From Massalongia carnosa (Eukaryota), in assembly GCA_965645245.1 (NCBI GenBank), contig OZ287067.1, forward strand, positions 806,001 through 870,000: DNA of 64,000 nt, given 5' to 3'. The translations under genes and the position numbers were made by a program. Positions 1 to 16,510 of this stretch are shown here, one piece after another. The first letter of the stretch is position 1; the number at the start of each line of letters is the position of its first letter. The notes below the pieces were generated by a model, which did no database searches, had not been told where the DNA came from, and was given only the letters and a program-made list of their open reading frames with translations.

Positions 1-971
1 TTGAGAGCACAAGAGTCTGGAGCTGCCGGATGCGGAATTAACTAGAAGCTCTTCTGTCCGCGAAACGTAGATTCAAATCTTGTTCGCCTCTTCATGAAAT
101 GGGGGCCTGAGCAAACTGGGTTGTTGTTTCCGTCACGGTGAAGCTATGAGAACAAGCAGAGATACCCCATGTCTATTTGCATGATATTTAGAATGCGGAA
201 CTTATTGCTGGAGATGAAATGAAAGTTGAGTTTAGCTTTGGAAGAACGGTGACTAAAGTGAAGGGAAGCCCGAGTATGGCAACGTTTTCAATATTTTCCC
301 TTTCTTATGTAAACTAGGAAGGTGGATCTTCAAGGGGATATACTCAAACAAAAATATTATATTTATATTATAGACTAGCTTTCCAGCATTCAGTTGCTGA
401 ACAAGCTGCGTTATATAGATATGCAGGTTTTAGCAGAAATGTCGTTATCGAACTTGCTGAAGATATGTACCAGTTTGTCTTAGTTTTGGGGGTACAGTAT
501 AATTTTCCCATCATGGTCTACTTCAAGAAAAAATACCCATGAACACGTCGGGTTGGGAACTAAGCATATCCACGCGTCGAGTGTTTTGGACTGTGAGCGT
601 GGTTATTTGGGCACCTGTTAAAAAAAATACGTTTTAGTAAAGGTCATACGGTCAGAGCACTCGATATTATCAAACACAGCAATACATGTTTCTCTCCGTG
701 CTCTCTTTGTTCTGCATCAAGCCTCTTTCTAGCGGCTTCTACATCTCCAGCAGTCCATAAGCCGATGCATGCTTCGCGTCGAGGGAGAAACTCTCCACCA
801 GCTCGTGGGCAGAAGAAAAGTGTTTCAGTTTTCTTCATTGAAATAAGATATTATAAGACTGATAAGTGAGACTTAATACTTACAAGTTCTCTGCTTGGGT
901 GCAGAAGCATCTGATTTCTTGGCTTGGAGGAAAGGGAGGTAAAAAAAAAGTTTGGTTATCAGCTAGGTAGC

Positions 972-2705
972 TCAGTTTTTGTGCCTTTCCGTGAGGCTAA
1001 TCATTTTCTTCTTGACGTGCTTTGGCATCTTCTTCTCTCTCTGCACCCGCTTTTCTTCCTTGACTTGCTTCTTATGCTCCTTTCTGGCATCCTTATCCTC
1101 GAAGCGCTTGCCGCGCGGGTTCTTCTTTGCGAACAGATCAGAGTTTTCATCACTGTTGCTTTCGTTGGCGGAAGAGGTGTGACTTTCATCCTTAGTTTCA
1201 TCCGCCGCTAGTTGCGTTACATTGGGTGGTGCGGCGGTTGTTGGTGCAATTTTGTCTGCAAGCAAGTCCCGGTAGACAAGATCATGTCCCCCACCCTTCC
1301 CTACGGCTTCTGCGTCCCGTTCTACATCATACACCTGCTCTAGCGTTTGTGGTATATACTGATTGCGGAAAACTTCATTGTCGACCTCCGCGTTAGCGGC
1401 ATCACCATCCTCGGTCTCTGCCTGCTTCTCAAACAGCTCTTCCAAAGCGGCGTCCATTCCCGATGGATCTACAGTCCCTTGGGAAGTCGTCACAAACCCA
1501 AATGTAGCCTTCTCAGAAAGCGTATCCACACCCTTCCGTCGGAAGAAATCACTAATGTTTTTGACGTCCATTCGCAAAAACTCAAGACTTCGAGGATGGT
1601 CATGCTCAACGCTCTGGCTAACGTCGATGATCCAAAGTTTTTTCTCATGGTATAGAACATTGTATTCGCTTAAGTCCGCATGAACCAAGCGGCATAACTG
1701 ATAGAGGATGCGCATGTAGCCTAGCAACTGTAAATATAGCAATCTCCACCTTGTCTCTTCGTCCCCGCCCTCGAGCACAACATCCTTTAGCCGCGGGGCT
1801 GGAATACCCCGTTTGTCCCCTAAAAATTGCATTACAAGTACATGAAGACGTAAATGTATTGGCTCAGGGCATGGTATACCCGAAACATGAATTCTTTTCA
1901 AATTTCGCATCTCCTTTTCGGCCCACACCTTCACCATCGCTCGATTGTTGCTCTTGCTGTAGCCCTGTCGGAATCTATACTCTCCAGACACATACTTATC
2001 TCTATCCTTGAAGACAAGTATGCTGGTCTTGTAAACCTTAATTGCGCGGTGCAAAGGAACAGTATTTGTATCCAAGTCAGAGCTCTGTGGCATCGAGAGC
2101 GCATGATAGACATTGGCTTCTTTGCCTGTTGATAGGCATCCATTCACCTCGGAGATAATATTCCGATTGATCATCTGAAGCAGAATCATGCGTGTCCGTG
2201 GATCTAATACTTGCTCGCTGGTGGCGCGATCACTCTTATCAGCGGTTCTGTCATGTTTGCCCGCTAAGCCTGACTGGCGATCATCAAGCCGTAGCTTGCC
2301 CGCATGTCTGGCTAGCGATGTAACTTGATCATCTACAGAGGCGAGTGTGTTTGCCGTCGGTTTCTGGGGGTTTGTTTTAGGAAGGGTGGACTTGGGCGCA
2401 TTAGGGTCTGACGAGACTTCTTGCAGTCGGCGCTGGCGGTTGTATGTTTTGGTAAAATCGGATGGATTGTATGAAGCGTAATCCTCGTCATCAAGCTCTG
2501 CACCTGCGAATATGTCATCGTAATCCTCATCGTTAGCTTCATCTTCTCCATTAGTCGGCGAATCTTGGGTCGCCGTCGCCGTGAAAAGTTGACCCGAGGC
2601 GTCTAGTATCTCAGAAGTTTTAGAAGGTCCATTTCCATATTCATGGTTGAGAGCCAAGACGGAAGCAGGGGGTTGCCCTGCCATCAGTTCTGGTTGCTCT
2701 GACAT
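972..2705 (-). CDS. RIO1: RIO1 atypical Ser/Thr kinase (Aspergillus sudD homologue)
   Basis: Single 577-aa ORF with STGKEANVY, AIKVYKT, LVHADLSEYN, IIDVSQSVEHDHP and a Lys-rich C-terminal tail (KKMPKHVKKK). Confidence 0.97.
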   Translation of the reverse strand: MSEQPELMAGQPPASVLALNHEYGNGPSKTSEILDASGQLFTATATQDSPTNGEDEANDEDYDDIFAGAELDDEDYASYNPSDFTKTYNRQRRLQEVSSDPNAPKSTLPKTNPQKPTANTLASVDDQVTSLARHAGKLRLDDRQSGLAGKHDRTADKSDRATSEQVLDPRTRMILLQMINRNIISEVNGCLSTGKEANVYHALSMPQSSDLDTNTVPLHRAIKVYKTSILVFKDRDKYVSGEYRFRQGYSKSNNRAMVKVWAEKEMRNLKRIHVSGIPCPEPIHLRLHVLVMQFLGDKRGIPAPRLKDVVLEGGDEETRWRLLYLQLLGYMRILYQLCRLVHADLSEYNVLYHEKKLWIIDVSQSVEHDHPRSLEFLRMDVKNISDFFRRKGVDTLSEKATFGFVTTSQGTVDPSGMDAALEELFEKQAETEDGDAANAEVDNEVFRNQYIPQTLEQVYDVERDAEAVGKGGGHDLVYRDLLADKIAPTTAAPPNVTQLAADETKDESHTSSANESNSDENSDLFAKKNPRGKRFEDKDARKEHKKQVKEEKRVQREKKMPKHVKKKMISLTERHKN

Positions 2706-5700
2706 TGTTTGAAGCTATTTAAAAAGTTGCTCAAATTATGACATGCGATGAAAACCCGTTTGTGCGGAAATTCCCCGCGATACGCTAAACACATAGTATA
2801 GAATAAATAACCCTAATCGTGTCAAGAAACTAGTAATTGAATAAGTTAGTAGGCGACTCGCTTCGATTACTAGTTTCTTGACACGATTAACGTTGGTTAT
2901 GCTTGGAGCGCCTAGTCCAGCACTCTTGTCCCGTACTCTGTCGCCCAGAAGTTGGTGATTTTCTTTTGTGATTAGCGCAGGGCAGAGACTATAATCTATA
3001 ATCGCTTCGACCAAACTCACATTCCTTCTCTGTAGTGTTTCAATCTTCTATCGTTCTTACATCCTAAAGCGCATTCAGAGAGCCCTCGACCTAGACCAAG
3101 ATTGACTGACTTCTGGATATTCCTACAAGCATCCAAGTCGTCCGGGACAAGCCACTTTCTGGACAACTTGAAACCAGATTGAAAACTTTCTGTGAGACCG
3201 CGGCTCTGGTAGAACTGCCCATAGCCCCTAATGTGACAATCAATCTCAGGAACACGGATGACGGATCTAATCTTAGCTTTGAGTGCAGTTCCACTCCACC
3301 TGATATCGCTGTCTGTTATGTGGATGCCTATTTTACACCAACAGCTTGCTCCTCCGATGACACAGCAGAGTACGGCTGCCAGCTTATTCTATTTATGCAG
3401 CCTAGTATGTAGGGCGATGATCAGTTCAACGTCCTATCTGTTTGAACTTCGCTTAGAATAACTATTGCCAAAGGTCTCGCTTCCCCTTTTTTCGCAGTCT
3501 GTGCATTTGCTACTTATATTAAAATCTTACTGTCGTTACACCCTTTGTTATGCTATTTTACCTCCCCACTCGGAGGAGATTAACCTCCAAAAAGTAAGTA
3601 GATTATTCAAATTTACAATGCAAAGCGGCGTTCTGTGACGAGTCTTTTCGAACCTTTGAATCTTACTTTTAACAATTGATTTACTTCCATAAAGCATCAT
3701 TTTAACGTTTAGAGGTAATAGTTCATTTGATCTGAAAAGTAGAAAGCATGTCATTTCATACATTTTTGCTGAGATCTCCTATGACGAGCCTCCTTTATTT
3801 CCTTGTTCATCTTGTCCTCCTCGCCCTTGTCCTCCTCCGCTTCTATCAATTCGTCCACTTTTATCGCTTCGTTCGTTTTTATCATTTCTTTACTTCTTAT
3901 TTCATTAGCAAGCTGATTTTCTTTCGTGCAAGGATGAAGAACGTAGGATGAAGAATTGCAGAAGTGAAAGATATACATTTAGTGCCGAAACCTAAACTCG
4001 GAAATACTTAAGTGATGAAAATTTCAGTTGCGAATTTCCTTAAAGGAGAAAACATAATAGCATCAACCAGGAGGTGTAGCAGGATAAAAAATGGGTGTAG
4101 TGATACAAGAATCCTATATTTATTCAAATGACAATGGGGCGCAGCCGATGCTCAGATCCTAGCGCTATCGTCCAAAAGCCTTTTATAATTGATCTATCAA
4201 AATATTCGAAACGGCTCTAGTCTCAAATAACTATTAGCGGAGTCTCAGCATGCACATTCCCCTCCAGGCTGATCGATATTTGATTAGCGCGAAAAGAGAG
4301 CCGTAGATAAGGCAAGATATATTCCTACCCGGAAGACCCCCTTATTCTTGCTCAAAAGCTTTGGCTAGTGCGGTGAGCTTTGCTCCTTATTCAAGCGTGC
4401 TATAATTCGATTTGGAGATATTCATCAATGCCGTTGTAGGGATCAGGATCCCAGGTGCGCCGGAAACGGAACTGGCTGAATTGAGCGCTCGCAAGATGAA
4501 GCAGAATTGTGATTTAGCCTCTTGGATATGAACTATTTACTTTAACTATGATAGGAAGCCTTGCTTTTCGTTTCAACCTTTGCTCCAGAGAAAGACAAAA
4601 GTCAATGATAGGACATCAGCATTCGCCGCGAAAGAGAAGATGCTAAACGCAATCGCAAAAAGCAAACCCTACAATACCAATGGGTCATGCTAGAACATGA
4701 GATACCTACATATGTACCACAAAGACCATACTCCCCACAGAAACGTGGCGAGTGGTTAGGCCACAGACAAGCACCCCATTCCACTTTGTACATACATAGG
4801 ACTAGGCGCTGTACAATCCACAACAGAAGCTACATCTGCACAAGCTCTCTTGCGTGAGGTTACGCAAAAGGGCAGAACCGAAAGTCACCGCTTGCGCTGG
4901 CCCTCTTGAATCTTATGCACATCAACCGCACTTGTTTTTAAATCAATCACCAACTCAGCACTACATTCCAACACTTGTATATCGGACCTATTCAGCAAAC
5001 CGGGCTTCTTAACTTAGCTTAGAGGACCAACAAAAACGCCGCCACAAGGGCTCTCTCCGCAGCCCCGCGTCGTCAGGGCTCCTGGATCCAGGTTGTCGAT
5101 GTAACGAGCGGAATAGAAGCAAACCCCCACCTCTAAGATTATCGGAAGTAGCCAGGAGCAAGGGATTCTAGGTTATGGTGGAGGACCTGGATACATTCGC
5201 GCAACTGGGTAGGTTTCTCATATTCTGGTGCTTTATGCTACTCTCCGGATCTTCGATTTTACATAGCTTGCTGGAAGGTGCAGGAGGGGCGTGGCGGCCA
5301 TAGAGGGAAGATACGGTGGCTATCAAGGCGAAACCGGGACACTATAGTGAAGAGTACGGTGGTCATAGAGGCTGCCAGGGAAACTGCTGAGGAGGCCATA
5401 GTGGGCAAGAAGGTGGACAGGAAACACATAAGAAGTCATTGAGGTCATGAGGGCGGACAGGAGAGTTTTATAGAAGGTCACGGCGGTCACAATATGATCG
5501 TTAGTGGTTATATTGGGTAATGTTATGATAAATCATCGATAAATCTTGTCTGAGTTCCGTCATCTTAACGTTCTTCGTCGGCTCCGCCTACCAACACTTC
5601 TGGCTTTTGTCTGAAGACCTGTGAGGGTGGATATTCTATATCGAAATACTCGTAGGACGAGTCAAGCATCTGCCATAAACCATTTGGTAGTGAAGATGCG

Positions 5701-5713
5701 CTCACACATTGCG

Positions 5714-8700
5714 TTAGGCCTTACGCAGCTTGACTAATCTAAGTTGCAACGCTATGGCCAACACAGGAAGTACACTGACTAGCTCGCCCAGTCTAGCGTA
5801 TGCAGGCGGTATATGTACCTTCACAAAAGCCGCTAGCAGGATTGCGATGGTGTCGTAAATGAATGACCAGCCAAAGTTAAATTTGACCCTGTTCATCACC
5901 ACCGTAGATAAGTCTATTAAGACTAAGACTCCGTCCAACACAGGCGTCAAAAGTATGACATCAGAAGCACTTTTGGCTACCTCAGTGCCGTCGTTAATGT
6001 GTACACCAATGTCTACTTGAGCAAGTGCAGGGGCGTCGTTTGTGCCATCGTCAATAAAGAGCGTGGTTACCGCTTTGAAGCTAGTTTTCTTGAGCTCTTC
6101 AAGATATCTCTTCTTGTCAGCTGGGGAGCAGCGAAAGCGAATGTTTCTGGCCGGAATGTGAAGTTGATTGGCAACTCCACGTACGGCATTTTCCTCATCG
6201 CCACTGACAATGGAAATATCAACTCTGCGAGCCCTAAGTTGGGACACTACTTCCTTCGCATCTGGACGTAAGCGATCTTGGAGACTGAAGGCTCCGATGA
6301 GGGTTGAGTTACGGCTGATGCAGAAGACAGCGAGATCCCGAGAGAGTAAGGCCTGAATGTGAGGATTGTCTTCGCAGCCGAGCCAACGGGCATTGCCACC
6401 CCGAGCCTTCACGTCTGGGCTAGTGAGTATTGCTTCAATACCCTTACTGACAACAACTGTAGGCCCAGAGATTTGTGCAGGCTTCAGAGGAAATTTTGAC
6501 AAGTGGGTGGCTATTGCAACAGAAACAGGATGCTTGCTCTCCGAGGTCAGTGCTAAGGCAATGGAAGCCACAGTTTCTTCTGCATCGCTCATGTAATCTC
6601 AGTAACGACGATAGGCTTGCCTTGGGTTAGGGTCCCTGTTTTATCGAAAATTACGTGAGACCTTGCGAGCGTTAGTAACGGTCTCCCCAACCCGGAAAAT
6701 GAGATCATTCTTTGTCGCTATATTGCCTGCCAATACAAAGACCATGGGTACCGCGAGACCGATTGCGCAGGGACAAGACACAATTAGAGTTGATATTGCA
6801 TAGGTCAAGGCAGTAACAACTGCATTGCTGGTACTCCGTTTCTGAACAGATTTAGCAATTCCAATCCAAATGACAAAGCCGATGATTGTGATTCCAAACA
6901 TAATCGGGACAAAGTACTTCGCAACTCGATCTGCGGTTTCTTGAACCTTCGGCTTCGAGTAGTTCGCCTCATTGACTATATCTGCAATATTCATGATTGT
7001 GTTGTCGCTCGGAAGGTGACTTAAGCGCGCTGTTACGATGCCTGTACTGTTGATTGATCCAGCAAGTAGTATAGCACCAGGGGTTTTAGTGACTAGGCTG
7101 GCCTCTCCAGTCACCATTGCTTCGTTGACCTCAGTAGATCCAGATAGGACCACACCGTCGGTTGGGATTAGCATAGCAGGGTATATCTTAAACACATCTC
7201 CGTACTGGAGTAGGCGGCTATCAATTATATCCTCATGGTTACCTCCATTTAGAATAGTTGCCTTTGTGGCTTGAAGAGACTTAACGCTAACAGATTCGAT
7301 TGCTTTTTGGCGGGCATATGCTGTGGCAACGCGATCGCATATAATAAGTGTTACAAGGAGAGTGCTAAACTCAAAGAAGCTTTGAACCCCAAGCGGTCGA
7401 CCTCGGACATTGAAGATGAATGCGACGATTGAGAAAATATAGGCAGCACTAGTGCTGATAACGATTAGGAGGTCCATCTCGATCACATACGCGAAGAGAG
7501 CAGCTAGCGCTTTAGGGTAGAATAGTCCTGTGACGACAAATTGGACAATTGTGGCCAACCCCAAAGAAATCGCGCCATAGGTGGTCTCCAGCTGGGGAAG
7601 AGGGGCCCATGCTAGGACCAGCATAGATATTGTAAGTGTGACCGAGAGGATGGTCATTCAAAGGGACCAAAGAAAGGTATTCGTACTGGCGCTTACAGCG
7701 TGGTTAGAAAGAGAGGCCAAGGTATCCGTTGGGCTCATTATCAAATGACTAACATCCCTTGCGCCAATAACTCGGGGATTGTAGATGACTTGAGCCTGGT
7801 GACAACCTTTATCAATAATAGATGTAACCCCCTCAGGATGTTTCTGATAAAGGAACTTCGCCATATCACCTCCAACAACAACATCGAGGGCGTGACCTCA
7901 CCGGATAACTTGCATACAGGTAAAACTTGTCACGCGCTGAAGAAACTTTATAGCATTCTTAATAGAGTCATTGAATGTGGACAAGTCGATGTCGAATTCT
8001 GCTTCTGCCAACACAAGGCTTGTCCGAATGTTGTATATGCCGGGAAGCGCCCTAATAGATTGAGAGAGCTTGGTTTCGCATCCCGTACAGGTCATTCCTT
8101 GGACACTGACAACATGTTCAAAAGAATTTAGCCTTCTTTCCAAATCATTGGCACGTGGAAGCTCACAAGAAGCTTTCGTTTCAGAGCGGCAAATAGTTAA
8201 GGAGGGTATCTTGGACTCTCCCTGGGTGCTTTTCATTTGAGATTTACAAAAGCTGGTCTTACCCTCAGGCGAGGTTTCCCCGGCCGCTGCTATCGCCTTG
8301 GTAGGCTCATAGCAGCCAACTGCCTTCTCACAAGCATAGTTTTCATCCAAACTCGACTTGATTTGTTGACCAAATTCAGACTCATCAGGATTAATGACGG
8401 GTTTGCTCGGTTTAGCAATAATACTGATACAATAACCCTGCTTTTGTGGTATGGTCTGGGTGGGGATATTGGAGTAAGATCCTTTGACCTGTCTGGCACA
8501 CCTGCTCGAATCATAGCAGCTTTCGACATTTAGGGATGAGGATGTCGGAGACCTATTGGAGCCTATGCAGCGACTAGCCTCTGAGATTCCCAGCTTGAGG
8601 ACAAAAGATTCATCAGCCCCACTGGTATTACCAATGGGGCTCTTACAGCTTGTGTCGGACTTGGAAGTGTCATATGAGACAAGGGACGTCTGGCAAGCCG

Positions 8701-9080
8701 ACCTCGCATCACAGCAGGAGCTCTGTTAAAGGGCAATGATATCCTTGCAGAGACACTGAAGACTCTTCAGCATAACCCCATATTTGTCGATGGCTTTTTG
8801 GAGGTGACTCTCGCATGGGATAGTCACGTCTATAGTAGGAGAGAGCTTGCCGCACCACTTGGTATGGTCGGCATTGCGGACGACTATAGTTACGGGTCAA
8901 CTCCGAGCAAACATATGAACAGATGAACTGACTGTCTCTGTCTTCAAGCTTTCGCCTGTCATTGCAACTTGAATTGACACAGTTGCGGCGGGCGATTTCC
9001 TCAATACACTGATCTAGCCCATGGTCAGCTTTTTTGCAAGGTTTGCGATCCTCAGTCGAGACTACAGTGGGTATGATTAA
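5714..9080 (-). pseudogene. Disrupted P1B-type heavy-metal ATPase, PCA1 (Cd/Cu exporter)-like
   Basis: Fragments carry the Cys-rich N-terminal PCESH..LQCLCK..SSCC, HMA motif GMTCTGC, TGEA, CPC, SHVIFDKTGT (in its own frame at about 6600-6660), SKHP, DGTND and GELVSVLPV. In-frame stops at 8726-8728 (TAA) and 7658-7660 (TGA) plus several frameshifts. The 5' end is uncertain. Confidence 0.9.
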
Positions 9081-9413
9081 GTGTTCGTCATTTCGCGTAA
9101 TTTTCGCGAAAAATCGCGTCTCCCCCAAACTCATCCTTTTCAATCTATCATCATCATGCTCAAACGAAGCCCATTGATCCTCATCTCTGCTAACAATCCC
9201 TCGAAGGAAGTTATCTACGTTTACAAAAGGTCAAATATCAGGTCTCGCTCGGGCATGTTTAACATTCACTGAAATTTATTATCAATTGAACGTCTTTCGC
9301 ATCATCATTCAGAGCTTTTTGCAGAAAGAACAAACAATTTCGTTTGAAGAAAACAGATCTCGATGCGGCCGACTTCCTGTTGTTATTCCTCTAGCGATCA
9401 GATTCGTGCTGCG

Positions 9414-9464
9414 AAGGAAAAGGAAAAGGAAAAGGAAAAGGAAAAGGAAAAGGAAAAGGAAAAG
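9414..9464. repeat. (GGAAAA)n hexamer microsatellite, about 8 units
   Basis: Directly visible; it produces the spurious KRKRKR ORF at 9286-9561. Confidence 0.9.
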
Positions 9465-10238
9465 TTCGAATCAATTCAAAAACAAGTTGAAATCAGGTCA
9501 AAATAGTCTTGAGATTGAAGATTTGCAGGTAGACGTTGAACAAGATGTTCAAGAACAATGAGATAGTTCATTGAATGATCTTGAGACAATCTAAATTGAC
9601 TTTAGCTTTGACAAAACTTCGACTGAATTGAGCACGAAAACATAAGGACTGAACCATAAAACAGTGGAAAACAGTGATCTGATCAGATGAGTCTTTTGTG
9701 CGAAGAGGTTGGGGCAAATATCATGATTGATTTTCTGAAATTCTTGATCAGAAATGAGATCGTGATAAGCTTCAGGAAGATCTCAAAGGCAAGATCTTTA
9801 GTATAATGATATGAGGGGCATTTTGAGGATCGAAAAGGTCGGATTTTCATCTTTTGAAGCGGGATTGAGAGTCTAAAAAGCAAGATTACTCAGCAAAGTC
9901 TTATTAATGCAATTTTCAAACGGTTGTTTGGGTAGGGAACAAATGTGCTGTAAAAGGGAATTTTGGTACAGCTAGTGTAACCATCACAGCAAGGGCTTTT
10001 CGAGGATGGAATCAGGAACTGCGCATTCATGCCGGCGGCATGTATTTTGAGGTGGGGTTAGGGACATGATAATAATGAAGCCGAGTGAAAGAGACAACGA
10101 AATCAACGTATAAGTACTCCGTAGTGCCCCAGCACTAGTAACTACTAATCATTCTCGCTTACGGAGTCGAAGAGTTAGCAAGGCAGGAAGGGAGGTCTCA
10201 TAAAATGGCGGCGAAGCTAGGTAGTATCTCAATTAAAG

Positions 10239-10244
10239 ACGCGT
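10239..10244. promoter_or_regulatory. MCB box (ACGCGT) about 200 bp upstream of SMC3
   Basis: Exact ACGCGT with further CGCG cores nearby; cohesin genes are typical MBF targets in yeasts. Confidence 0.5.
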
Positions 10245-10443
10245 TCTTAAATATCTGCACACCGAGTGTTCGCGTCCTCCTTCGCGCAATAGAGTACCCC
10301 ACTTACTAGTACCATGCGATTTTAGACTCTTAGTATCTTGAGTTACATTTCACATTTTCGAGCTGTCGCGCGCATTTCGGTTCTTAATTAATATCGGTCA
10401 CCATCAACAGCTAGCGAGGTGTACTCGTGAGTATAACGAAAAA

Positions 10444-14315
<3,872 letters not shown>

Positions 14316-15073
14316 GACCGAGTATTTTTACAAGTTAGACTCTGATGGGTAGGGGGAGGGGAAAGGGAAGGAAGGGACGGGTATTCGGGCTGGTGGAAGG
14401 GTTTTAGGGGAAATGATTTGGTCGGCGCGGTTCGGTTGGTTACCTATCTACGGATTCGTAGATCCGGCACGAGGGGACTTAAAATATCCCTATTTATCAG
14501 TCTCGAGATTTTCTTTCCTACACATAGGGACACGGTAGCGGAGCCATATCATCCAAGCCCACCCTCGGGAGATAGGGATTGTCGTTTCGACGGCTTGGCA
14601 AGGTTTTCTTATCTACGGAGTACCTATGTATGCCCTTTGATGCCTCCATGCAAATAAAGGAAGCAAGAGGGTATGGACTGGTCCGGTCGATTGCTAGCTA
14701 GCTATGTTGTATGTAAAATAGAATTTTCGCGTTGCTATTCCCGTTCGTTCGTTGGGAGAGGGGAAGGATTGGGGGAAGATGGTGTTGTCCGAGCCGGAGG
14801 TTTACGTTGCTTGTAAGAAATTCTCGTTGACTTAACGGTGCGGGATATATGAATTTTCTTTGAAGAAAGGTATCATATTTTACGGTAGGACACCGAAACC
14901 CCTTTCGCTAGCAATTAGGTCGGCACCGCCCCGTCAGGATTGCACCCCGGAAAAATAATCGTTACTAGTAAGGAAATGAGGCCACACTACCAAGCGAGGG
15001 GGATTATATAGGTAGGTAAACGGTATATACACAAATCCACAGCAGCGGAGACTATTTCTCACAGCAACTCAAA

Positions 15074-16510
15074 TCAGCTACGCCCCCCAACGCGGCGCAT
15101 CGCTCTCAAAATTACCGACTTGGAAACATCCGGTACCTTCTGCGCACCGTCCCTCCCCACGGCCGAGATCTCAAACTCCACCGGCCCATCCATGAGGCCG
15201 GGCCAAATGTCCACGGGCAAGAAATCGCCCTGTTCGCGGCAGAATTGCTCCCGCTCCAGGACGTCGTCGTCACGCAGCGCCCGCAAGCGCGCCATGGCTT
15301 CCTGCGCGACCTGGTCCATCTGGCGCTCGAGCGTGCGGCGTCGCCCAATCTCGACCAGCAGGTTGTCGTACGCACGCAAGAAGCCAGTGTAGAAAAGGCG
15401 GAGGCCTTCGAGTTCGGCCAGGCGCTCTTCGACCCGCTGCTTGGCGTCGTCCCAGCGCAGCGCGAACATGTGACTTTGCGCGATGTGGGCGAGGAGGCCG
15501 AGGCCGATGGCTTCGAGGCGGCGGAAGGCGGAGGTGGTGGTCGCATGGGCGGCCGTGAGACCGTCGGCGTGTGCGGTGACGAGTTCATGCGCCGCTTCCA
15601 TTTCAGAGATGTGCTCTTTAATTTCCTGCACTACGTCGTCCACTTGGCTGGCGTCTTTTTCTAGCACCTCCATCATTTCCCTTCTTTCTTCATCGCCAAT
15701 CGGTTCGGCGGGCGTATTGGTAGTGGCTTGACCAATGTTAACCCCCTCGGGTAACTCGCCGGTGATTCGCTGTGCGGCGTCGCCACCTCCTTCCGTGTGC
15801 TTGATTGCCGTAACACAAAGGTCGAAATGCCGCACCAGTGACTCCAAATTGTCTGCCATATCCTTCGCACGATCCTCCATATCCTGCAGTATTCCAGGGA
15901 TAGGGGACCGTATCCCGTGCCCAGCGCTATCAGTCATGTCGTGCATTGGTGTTGTGGCTAAGAGATCCTTTATGTTTTGCACATCTTCATTGAATGCCTC
16001 ATTGGTCGCTCTAAAAGTATCATGCGCCTCGGTAGCATTTTCAATCGATTCTTTGATAGTAGCCATTAAGCCCGCCACTCCCGTTTCGTCGACAAAATCT
16101 AGCAAACTTCGTCTTCCCTCCTCCTTCGGCCTTAACGTGGCCTCAACCATGGTGCCTCGTAAAAGGCTCAGCGTCTCCCGTAACCGTTCATCAGCAACGT
16201 CCAAGCTCCGGATCACAGACTCGAACTCCGTGGCGCCCTCTTTTGCTACACCCTCCGTGTTTCTCTGGACACGGGCCAAAATCTTCATTTGCGAGTCAAT
16301 ACCATTTCTCAGGAACTCCGTACGTGCGCCAATGATCACACTTGCTTCAAGTGCGCTGCGGGTTGCGGTGACGATCTCGTTTGCACGATAGACATGGTTG
16401 ATTGATGAAAGAGAGCGTTTGGAAGCGAGAAGGTGGGATACAAGGGTTTCAAGCGGTGTTGAAGCTTGATTATAAGGTTGAGACTGGAGGCTCTCTGTCG
16501 ATGAGGCCAT
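15074..16510 (-). CDS. ATG17: Autophagy-related protein 17
   Basis: 478-aa helical ORF with LLASKRSLSSI, SLLDFVDE, LESLVRHFDLCVTA and GDFLPVDIWPGL. Confidence 0.9.
   Translation of the reverse strand: MASSTESLQSQPYNQASTPLETLVSHLLASKRSLSSINHVYRANEIVTATRSALEASVIIGARTEFLRNGIDSQMKILARVQRNTEGVAKEGATEFESVIRSLDVADERLRETLSLLRGTMVEATLRPKEEGRRSLLDFVDETGVAGLMATIKESIENATEAHDTFRATNEAFNEDVQNIKDLLATTPMHDMTDSAGHGIRSPIPGILQDMEDRAKDMADNLESLVRHFDLCVTAIKHTEGGGDAAQRITGELPEGVNIGQATTNTPAEPIGDEERREMMEVLEKDASQVDDVVQEIKEHISEMEAAHELVTAHADGLTAAHATTTSAFRRLEAIGLGLLAHIAQSHMFALRWDDAKQRVEERLAELEGLRLFYTGFLRAYDNLLVEIGRRRTLERQMDQVAQEAMARLRALRDDDVLEREQFCREQGDFLPVDIWPGLMDGPVEFEISAVGRDGAQKVPDVSKSVILRAMRRVGGRS

Noticed and set aside
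3091..3978. Short ORFs as genes or a transposase remnant
   Set aside because: Coding-like, but I could not recognise any family motif; left unassigned.
9286..9561. ORF with a KRKRKR nuclear-localisation-like tract
   Set aside because: It is the translation of a (GGAAAA)n microsatellite in AT-rich DNA.
2706..10443. Intact Starship element
   Set aside because: Too small, and no recognisable DUF3435 tyrosine recombinase or terminal repeats.
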